From NCBI RefSeq assembly GCF_001677475.2, contig NZ_CP015229.1: DNA of 64,000 bases. One strand, written 5' to 3'. Positions 55,535-64,000 of this stretch are shown here, piece after piece (the stretch's first letter is position 1; each line of letters begins with the position of its first letter). The position numbers and the translations under genes are program-made. This stretch comes from Escherichia coli (GTDB taxonomy: Bacteria > Pseudomonadota > Gammaproteobacteria > Enterobacterales > Enterobacteriaceae). The notes under the pieces were generated by a model. The model worked only from the letters and a program-made list of their open reading frames with translations. It was not told the DNA's origin and searched no databases.

Positions 55535-57595
55535 TCACTTCTTCATCTGCGACAAAATCGTCCGACACTGATTAGCCTCCCCTTCGGAAGGTGAGATCAG
55601 CGCCAGTAACGCCGCCGCCGGTGTTACCAGCGTTGCCAGTGCCGCCGCAACGGCTCCGCGAGCAATCAGCGGTCCGGCTTTCACCCCAGCCTGCGGATTT
55701 TTAAACGTCCCACGCACATACAGCGGTGAACGCAGCGTGATAATGCGAATCCCTTTACTCTCCGGATCAATAGTCAAATCCAACTGTTCCGAAGCAAAAC
55801 TTGCCGTGCCGGTAACGTTAATCAACGCGTTCTCAGTATCGAAAGCAAAAATCTGCGGGCGTGCCACGCCGTTGGCAATATTCAGATTCGCCGCCGCGCA
55901 GTTCACCCGCACCTCATCGTCACCAAATATCGCACCGACAATGTAGTTGCCGACATTCAGCCCAACAATCTCCATCAGGTTGCGGCTCACCAGCCCGTCA
56001 TTCATCAACAGTTTCAGGTTGCCGTTACTGTTGCCTAAAAGCGCCGCCACCGAGTTACCGCTACCGCGTAGTTCCGCGTCACCGTTCATTTCCCCCAGCG
56101 TCTTCTGCATCAGTTCCACATCGGGCATCAGTTCTTTCAGTTTCAGTCGACGAGCCTGAATATCTGCCCGCCCCTGCATCGGCTTTTTATCGCCTTCCAG
56201 ATGAATATTCGCCGCAATGCTGCCGCCCGCCATGCCAAATTTCAGCGGTTGCAGGCGCAGGTCAGCATTTTTGAGGATAATATGAGTAGAAAGATCGCTA
56301 ATCGGCAGGCTACTGCCATGCTCGATACGTCGGCCTTTGAAGCGAACATCGGCATCCATAACGTCCCATTTATCGGTTTCGAAGCGGTCATAAGGCAGCA
56401 CTTTGCCCGCAGGCTGAACGCTTTTTTCGCCCTTCTTCTGTTCAGACCGTTTCGACTTTTCTGCCCCTTTCCCGGAATCAACGCCAATCAACGGTCCCAG
56501 GTCCGCCAGCCGCAATTGCCGCGACTCGACATCACCTTCCAGTTTTGGTCGTGGCTTGCCGGTGGTGTAGACCAGAGAACCGTGGATATCGCTATCGCCA
56601 ATTCGCCCATTAAAACCGCGATAATCAAAGGCCGACGATTTTTCAGTGTCGATTTTCGCTACCAGCCGACCATCTGTTTCAAACGGCGGCGTATCGGGCA
56701 GCAGAACGCCCGTCAGTTCATAGAGATCACCCAGCGAATCGCCAGAAAATTTAAGCCGTAAATCGACACCGCCCATCTTCATTGGGTCATTCACGACGCC
56801 ATCAAAAGCAACACGGGTATTACCTGAACGGAAATCAGCCTGTACCGGAAACGGCGTCCCTTCGCCACGCAGCGCCAGCATACCGCCTATTCTTCCCGTA
56901 CCAGTGAGCGGTTCACCGTTATAACGTCCCTGCGCCTTCAGGCCAAAAACGTAATCGCCCACCTTTTCTTTATCCGCTTTACCTTTCGATCCAGTAACTT
57001 CGCTGAACGGCAGCGGCTTGCCTAAGGGATCAACAAAAATCTCCAGATCCGCTTTGCTTACTTTGTCATCAATGGCGATCCGCCCTTGATCGAAAAGAAT
57101 ATTATCCAGCCGAAACGACCATGCCGACGGCTTTGCATTCGCGTCTTTGTTGTCATCGTTGGCAAGATTAAACGTCCAGTTATTGTTCTTTTCAGAGAGG
57201 CGAATCAGGCGCGCGTCGGGCTTTTCGAGCTTGATCCACGGCAGCCAGACCGTTTTGGTCAGCAGCGCCAGCGGGGCCAGCGTTGCCTCTACGCGTGGCA
57301 AATGCACCATCGTGACTTCGGGAATATCCGGTGGATTGCCAAGAATGATGTCTTCCGCGTGTACATGTGGCCACGGCACCCAGCTGCGCCAGCCAGTTTC
57401 TTGTTTTTGCCGCTCCCACACCACGCCCAGATCGCCACGGATAGCGAACGGACGATTCAACTCCGCAGAGACTTTCTGGTTGATGGTCGGTTTGAGTCGA
57501 TTCCAGTCAAAAGTTGCAATCAAAATGATCGCCACGACAATCAACAACAAGAAAGCCCCTGAAATCGCAGCGGTTATTTTGCCTGCCTTGCTCAT
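55535..57595 (-). CDS. yhjG: AsmA-family protein YhjG
   Basis: 686 aa from MSKAGKITAAISGAFLLLIVV. Confidence 0.85.
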   Translation of the reverse strand: MSKAGKITAAISGAFLLLIVVAIILIATFDWNRLKPTINQKVSAELNRPFAIRGDLGVVWERQKQETGWRSWVPWPHVHAEDIILGNPPDIPEVTMVHLPRVEATLAPLALLTKTVWLPWIKLEKPDARLIRLSEKNNNWTFNLANDDNKDANAKPSAWSFRLDNILFDQGRIAIDDKVSKADLEIFVDPLGKPLPFSEVTGSKGKADKEKVGDYVFGLKAQGRYNGEPLTGTGRIGGMLALRGEGTPFPVQADFRSGNTRVAFDGVVNDPMKMGGVDLRLKFSGDSLGDLYELTGVLLPDTPPFETDGRLVAKIDTEKSSAFDYRGFNGRIGDSDIHGSLVYTTGKPRPKLEGDVESRQLRLADLGPLIGVDSGKGAEKSKRSEQKKGEKSVQPAGKVLPYDRFETDKWDVMDADVRFKGRRIEHGSSLPISDLSTHIILKNADLRLQPLKFGMAGGSIAANIHLEGDKKPMQGRADIQARRLKLKELMPDVELMQKTLGEMNGDAELRGSGNSVAALLGNSNGNLKLLMNDGLVSRNLMEIVGLNVGNYIVGAIFGDDEVRVNCAAANLNIANGVARPQIFAFDTENALINVTGTASFASEQLDLTIDPESKGIRIITLRSPLYVRGTFKNPQAGVKAGPLIARGAVAAALATLVTPAAALLALISPSEGEANQCRTILSQMKK

Positions 57596-57664
57596 CGTTC
57601 GCTTCCTCATATTCTTCCTGTGCCAGTCCTAAAGATAGTCCAGCCAGGCGGAAAATGAGGCAGC

Positions 57665-58432
57665 TTATAGCGCCAGAACCGCCGTATTCAGCGTTTCTAT
57701 CGGTGCCGGGCGTGAAAGAAACCAGCCTTGTGCGGCGAATGCGGGCGAGTTCTGAACATCACGCCACTCTTCCGGCGTTTCTACGCCCTCGACGATCACC
57801 CCGCGACAATAGCGATTCATTAGATGTAAAAGCTGAGAAAAGAGTGTGCGGCCTTCCGGCGACTGACGCAGCATCACAAACAGTTCTCGCGCGATTTTGA
57901 TGTAATCATAACGCACTTCACTTAGTGCAGAGAAATTTGCCATCCCGGTACCAAAATCATCCAGCCACAGCGGGCCAAATTCACACATCGAGGCAAAGGT
58001 TGAATCTTTCGGCAGACGGATATGCTCCACCAGTTCGAAACGCAGCCAGGGAAGACGCTCGATTTGGCGCAGGATTTTTGGTTGCTGGCGCAGGGCGATG
58101 AGCGTAGGGCCATCAATATTGACCGATGCCAGCAGGCCGTGCTCTATAAAGAAGTCGGCTTTTTGCGCCAGTAAATCAATCTGCTCTTTCACAACCTCCA
58201 TCCGATGGCTGACGGTGATTTCAGTAAAATAACGATCCGGCGGCAGGCGTTGCGAAGGGTTCAAGGGATGCGTGACCACCGTTAATAGCTCCACGGCCAT
58301 TAACCGCCCGCATGTTTGATAGATCGGCTGCCAGGTGTAAGCACGCTCACACTGCAACCAAAAACGCCGTTCCTGCAAGCTCTCGATGCTTGCTTCAGGG
58401 TTGCTTATTCGCTGGATAACCTGCCTTATCAT
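57665..58432 (-). CDS. pdeH: c-di-GMP phosphodiesterase PdeH (YhjH), EAL domain
   Basis: 255 aa from MIRQVIQRISNPEASIESLQERRFWLQCE; contains the ELLTVV motif. Confidence 0.9.
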   Translation of the reverse strand: MIRQVIQRISNPEASIESLQERRFWLQCERAYTWQPIYQTCGRLMAVELLTVVTHPLNPSQRLPPDRYFTEITVSHRMEVVKEQIDLLAQKADFFIEHGLLASVNIDGPTLIALRQQPKILRQIERLPWLRFELVEHIRLPKDSTFASMCEFGPLWLDDFGTGMANFSALSEVRYDYIKIARELFVMLRQSPEGRTLFSQLLHLMNRYCRGVIVEGVETPEEWRDVQNSPAFAAQGWFLSRPAPIETLNTAVLAL

Positions 58433-58663
58433 CAAAGATGTCCTGTGTTTAAAAGTGATGCTGCCCGGACTCGACAAAGATTATCGGCGCGCAAGGGCAG
58501 AACTTTACCGCCTGGCCGGGGTAAATTTCCCCACTCCACAACGGAATCTTTCAGGAATACGTTCTGGCTCAAAAAAATAATGGAACACTGTTTTAATATG
58601 GTTGACCAGCAAACCACCACAGCGCAAACTAACGCTAATTTTTTACAGATCAGGTTCACGACT

Positions 58664-59593
58664 ATGTCCAAAAAGATTGCCGTGATTGGCGAATGCATGA
58701 TTGAGCTTTCCGAGAAAGGCGCGGACGTTAAGCGCGGTTTCGGCGGCGATACCCTGAACACTTCCGTCTATATCGCCCGTCAGGTCGATCCTGCGGCATT
58801 AACCGTTCATTACGTAACGGCGCTGGGAACGGACAGTTTTAGCCAGCAGATGCTGGACGCCTGGCACGGCGAGAACGTTGATACTTCCCTAACCCAACGG
58901 ATGGAAAACCGTCTGCCGGGCCTTTACTACATTGAAACCGACAGCACCGGTGAACGTACGTTCTACTACTGGCGTAACGAAGCCGCCGCCAAATTCTGGC
59001 TGGAGAGTGAGCAATCCGCGGCGATTTGCGAAGAGCTGGCGAATTTCGATTATCTCTACCTGAGCGGGATTAGCCTGGCGATCTTAAGCCCGACCAGCCG
59101 CGAGAAACTGCTTTCCCTGCTGCGCGAATGCCGCGCCAACGGCGGAAAAGTGATTTTCGACAATAACTATCGTCCGCGCCTGTGGGCCAGCAAAGAAGAG
59201 ACACAGCAGGTGTACCAGCAAATGCTGGAATGCACGGATATCGCCTTCCTGACGCTGGACGATGAAGACGCGCTGTGGGGTCAACAGCCGGTGGAAGACG
59301 TCATTGCGCGCACCCATAACGCGGGCGTGAAAGAAGTGGTGGTGAAACGCGGGGCGGATTCTTGCCTGGTGTCTATTGCTGGCGAAGGGTTAGTGGATGT
59401 TCCGGCGGTGAAACTGCCGAAAGAAAAAGTGATCGATACCACCGCAGCTGGCGACTCTTTCAGTGCCGGTTATCTGGCGGTACGTTTGACGGGCGGCAGT
59501 GCGGAAGACGCGGCGAAACGCGGGCACCTGACCGCAAGTACCGTTATTCAGTATCGCGGCGCGATTATCCCGCGTGAGGCGATGCCAGCGTAA
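58664..59593 (+). CDS. kdgK: 2-dehydro-3-deoxygluconokinase KdgK
   Basis: 309 aa from MSKKIAVIGECMIELSEKG; PfkB-family AAGDSF motif. Confidence 0.9.
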   Translation: MSKKIAVIGECMIELSEKGADVKRGFGGDTLNTSVYIARQVDPAALTVHYVTALGTDSFSQQMLDAWHGENVDTSLTQRMENRLPGLYYIETDSTGERTFYYWRNEAAAKFWLESEQSAAICEELANFDYLYLSGISLAILSPTSREKLLSLLRECRANGGKVIFDNNYRPRLWASKEETQQVYQQMLECTDIAFLTLDDEDALWGQQPVEDVIARTHNAGVKEVVVKRGADSCLVSIAGEGLVDVPAVKLPKEKVIDTTAAGDSFSAGYLAVRLTGGSAEDAAKRGHLTASTVIQYRGAIIPREAMPA

Positions 59594-59688
59594 AAGCAGC
59601 ATATGCAAAAGGCTGGATAAAGTGTTACCCCTCTATCCAGCTCATCCATAAATACCTGATGGTTGTGCTAACTCATCACCATCAGGCA

Positions 59689-61185
59689 TTACTGTGCAGG
59701 TGGAATATCCGTCACTTCAGGATGTACGTCATCCGTGGCGACAGAGGTGGTCGCAGCGGCGGTAGATGGGGCCATGATTTGATCCCAGGCCGCCTGCAAC
59801 GCTTTCATGTTAAATTCCGGCTCGCCTTTCGGCTGCAGCAGTATTAACGCCATATCATTCGACAACTGCTGACGCAGATCCTGATTTAACATCTCCACCG
59901 TCAGGCTGTTAAGGAAATCCTGCCGCAGTTTCTGATACTGCTCCGGCGCGATATCGACAACCTGATTTTGCAACGAACGCATCCGCTGGCCCATCAGAAT
60001 ATCGGTATCAGCCCGCGCATAGGCGGCAAACAGTTTCTGCAGCTCCAGTTTCTTTTGCGCCACTAACGCATTGAACTCTTCTTCCGGCAGACCTTTATCG
60101 CGAACCTTCGCCAGTTCACGCGCCACCAGATTAAGGTTGCTGTTCAGCTTGTCGTTTGGTGATTCGATGTTAATGGCACACTGCGCACGCAGATACAGCA
60201 CACGGCAGTCAAATCCAAGACCGATGTCTTTGCTGTTACTGGCGCTTAACGCTTGCTGAACATGCCAGAACAGCGCCTCACGGGCCAGGTCCGCACGCCA
60301 GTAGCGCAGCAGTGCGGCTGATTCACGAATCGGCTGCCACGGCGTATCCCACATGATAGATAACCGGTCCTGACGCACCGCGTCAGTCATAATACTCACC
60401 GCTTCCGCACGCAGCGGAGAAAGCGTCGGCACCGGAGCTGGCGTTTCACGTTTGCCTTTCAGTTCGCCAAACGTTTTGTTGATTTGGTCGACAACCGAGC
60501 GCGCATCCACGTTTCCCACCACCAGCAGCGTCATTGCATCCGGGGTGTACCATTTCTGATAGAAATCTTTAATCTTTTCCGCTTCAACGGGTTGTTTCAG
60601 CGGATCGGCAGGATCGTGACCTAACAAGGTTGATCCTTTCAAGCGATAGCGCCACCAGCCCTCTTTAGTATCGGCAGGCCAGGTTGCCACCATGTCCTGA
60701 CTTTGCAGCGCGTGGTTGATGGTTTCTGGTGTGATGGTCAGTTTGCCAGTGGCATTTGCCAGATAAGAGAGCGCTTCTTTCAGCAAGTCGTTACGGTTAT
60801 TGGGCAAACTCAGATTAAACAGCGTGGTGTCATAAGAGACAATTACCGGCGGCATCGGGCGTTTAGGGTCGATCCCCTGCTGCCACAATGAACGCGCCTG
60901 TGCTGCGTCAAGGCCACCGCTTTGCGTTAGCGCAATACGAGGGATGGCGTGACTGTAACCGCTCTGTTGTGTACTTTCGGCGAGCGAACCGGTATTAACC
61001 AGCAGGCGAATTTCAACACGATCGCTGGGACGCTGGGGCGTGGTCAGCACTTGCCACTGTAAACCGTTGGAAAGCGTCCCCTGTTGCCATGCTGGATCAG
61101 GCTGGAGCGCATCTGCCTGCACATAGCCAGCAGTGGCCATCATCAGCAAACCGCCCGCTAAAAGTCGAATTTTTGTGCCCTGCAT
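59689..61185 (-). CDS. yhjJ: M16-family peptidase-like protein YhjJ
   Basis: 498 aa with signal peptide. Confidence 0.85.
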   Translation of the reverse strand: MQGTKIRLLAGGLLMMATAGYVQADALQPDPAWQQGTLSNGLQWQVLTTPQRPSDRVEIRLLVNTGSLAESTQQSGYSHAIPRIALTQSGGLDAAQARSLWQQGIDPKRPMPPVIVSYDTTLFNLSLPNNRNDLLKEALSYLANATGKLTITPETINHALQSQDMVATWPADTKEGWWRYRLKGSTLLGHDPADPLKQPVEAEKIKDFYQKWYTPDAMTLLVVGNVDARSVVDQINKTFGELKGKRETPAPVPTLSPLRAEAVSIMTDAVRQDRLSIMWDTPWQPIRESAALLRYWRADLAREALFWHVQQALSASNSKDIGLGFDCRVLYLRAQCAINIESPNDKLNSNLNLVARELAKVRDKGLPEEEFNALVAQKKLELQKLFAAYARADTDILMGQRMRSLQNQVVDIAPEQYQKLRQDFLNSLTVEMLNQDLRQQLSNDMALILLQPKGEPEFNMKALQAAWDQIMAPSTAAATTSVATDDVHPEVTDIPPAQ

Positions 61186-61404
61186 GTGAACCCCTGATCA
61201 ACTATCCTGGTAATAAAAAACTGCCCGTTGTCGGTCAGTCTAAATGACGTTAAAAACACTTCGTGTTAGACCGCAAGAACATGAAAATGTCACGGAAGAA
61301 GTGAAATAAACCTGAACTCACCCAGGTGGTAAGTTCAGGCACAGGGGTCAATTATGCGCAAACACCCGCACTCGGGGAAGGGAGTGCGGGCATAAGTGGT
61401 GAGA

Positions 61405-62727
<1,323 letters not shown>

Positions 62728-62873
62728 TTATGGGGTACCTGCGGCCTTAAAATAACACCCAGACAACATCACAGAAATGTACCTGGATCATAATTGAAAC
62801 AAAAAGGTTAAAAAGTTTGAGCTGGCTCGCACAAACCAGCACTTTTTAAAGTTTTGTAATCAGTTTGGGGTAG

Positions 62874-64000
62874 CTACTTTTCTTCCAGGTAACTCTCTTC
62901 GAAGATTTCAATAGGGAGTGGGCGAGCAAAAAGGAAGCCCTGGGCAATACCAACGCCCGCTTTTGCCAGCCAGTCGCGTTGTGCTTCAGTCTCCACGCCT
63001 TCGGCAATCATTTGTAAGTTTAGGCTCTGCGCCAGCATGATAATTGCAGCAATCATGCTGCTATCTTCCGGCAAGCCTTCAACAAACATTTTGTCGATTT
63101 TTAGCACGTCGATTGGCAACGATTTCATATGCTGCAGCTGACGCAGCCCTGCGTAGCCCATGCCGAAATCATCCAGCGCCACCCGAACTCCGGCATTACG
63201 CAACGGACGGAGGATTGCCACCGCAGCATGAGGGTCGTCAATACGTCGGCTTTCTGTCACTTCCAGAATCAGTGTTCCCGGCTGAATGCGATAGCGGGTT
63301 AACAGTTCCAGCATATCCGCCACCATATTCGGGTGCATCAGTTGCAGCGCTGAGAGGTTTACCGACAAGGGCAGCATAATGCCGCGCTCTTGCCAGGCAG
63401 CCAGCAGTCGACAGGACTCTTCCAGCACCCAGTGACCAACGGTAACCATCAGCCCACAGCATTCAATGCGATCAATTAAGCCATCCGGCAGGTCCCAACT
63501 GCCATCCGGTTGCTGGATACGCAGTAACACTTCCGCACTGACCAGTTTACCGCTGGTCATCTCGACCTGTGGCTGTAACCAAATCGCAAACTGATGATTT
63601 TCCAGCGCATTAAGGATATCGCTCTCTTCCGTCAACCGCTTCTGGGCAGCTTCCATCTGCTGCGGATCAAAGAACTGAATCTGATTCTTGCCTTTATGGC
63701 GAGCGGTAAATGCCGCAGAAATAGCGCGACTGTAAAGCTGTTCGGCGGTGAGATCGCCGTAGAACATCGCCACGCCAATGCTACAGTGCGGACGGAGTTG
63801 AATACGTTCAATCGGCAGGCGCTCGCTCATGATGGTGAGCACTTGCTGACCCAAAGTGATTGCGTGCCACGGTTCCTGTACACCGTTGGCAATGACAGCA
63901 AAGTCATAACCGCTAATCTGCGCGAGGATCATACGTGGCGACAGTACCGATTTGAGTTTTTCCACCAGCGTCAGCAGCAGAATTTCTCGTTGCGCCTCTT
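62874..64000 (-). CDS. pdeK: c-di-GMP phosphodiesterase PdeK (YhjK), C-terminal EAL part only; 5' end beyond window
   Basis: Open frame runs to the window edge; EAL-domain region (ILEVTE) present. Confidence 0.85.
   Translation of the reverse strand, partial: EAQREILLLTLVEKLKSVLSPRMILAQISGYDFAVIANGVQEPWHAITLGQQVLTIMSERLPIERIQLRPHCSIGVAMFYGDLTAEQLYSRAISAAFTARHKGKNQIQFFDPQQMEAAQKRLTEESDILNALENHQFAIWLQPQVEMTSGKLVSAEVLLRIQQPDGSWDLPDGLIDRIECCGLMVTVGHWVLEESCRLLAAWQERGIMLPLSVNLSALQLMHPNMVADMLELLTRYRIQPGTLILEVTESRRIDDPHAAVAILRPLRNAGVRVALDDFGMGYAGLRQLQHMKSLPIDVLKIDKMFVEGLPEDSSMIAAIIMLAQSLNLQMIAEGVETEAQRDWLAKAGVGIAQGFLFARPLPIEIFEESYLEEK

Noticed and set aside
58316-58663. ORF-track 5' extension of kdgK (425 aa) overlapping the divergent pdeH start.
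   Set aside because: KdgK aligns from MSKKIAVIGE (309 aa); the extension overlaps the pdeH coding start on the other strand and has no coding signal.

Overview
The window is an Escherichia coli-type chromosomal segment collinear with the K-12 yhiN to yhjK region. Gene identities throughout are from recalled protein similarity to the translated ORFs, not from a database search. The backbone (yhiN, pitA, uspB, uspA, dtpB, rsmJ, prlC, rlmJ, gor, dinQ/agrAB, arsRBC, slp, dctR, yhiD, hdeBAD, gadE, mdtEF, gadWX, gadY, gadA, yhjA through dctA, partial pdeK) is interrupted by three accessory blocks that K-12 lacks. (1) At 1..~6405, the right-end module of a Tn7-like transposon (tnsA, tnsB, tnsC and a TnsD/TniQ target selector) sits immediately downstream of the yhiN stop codon. 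Its cargo lies beyond the left edge of the window, with only the first 85 codons of the next gene visible; this is the most likely location of any undescribed system. (2) At 20713..23944, an ArsR-family regulator and an ArsP-like permease with a TPFCSCS motif lie beside arsRBC, followed by an intact, AT-rich yhiS. (3) At 25504..34455, the chu haem-uptake island (chuSA / chuTWXYUV) sits between dctR and yhiD, with Fur-box-like sites in the divergent promoter region. No CRISPR array, IS element or rRNA/tRNA gene was seen.
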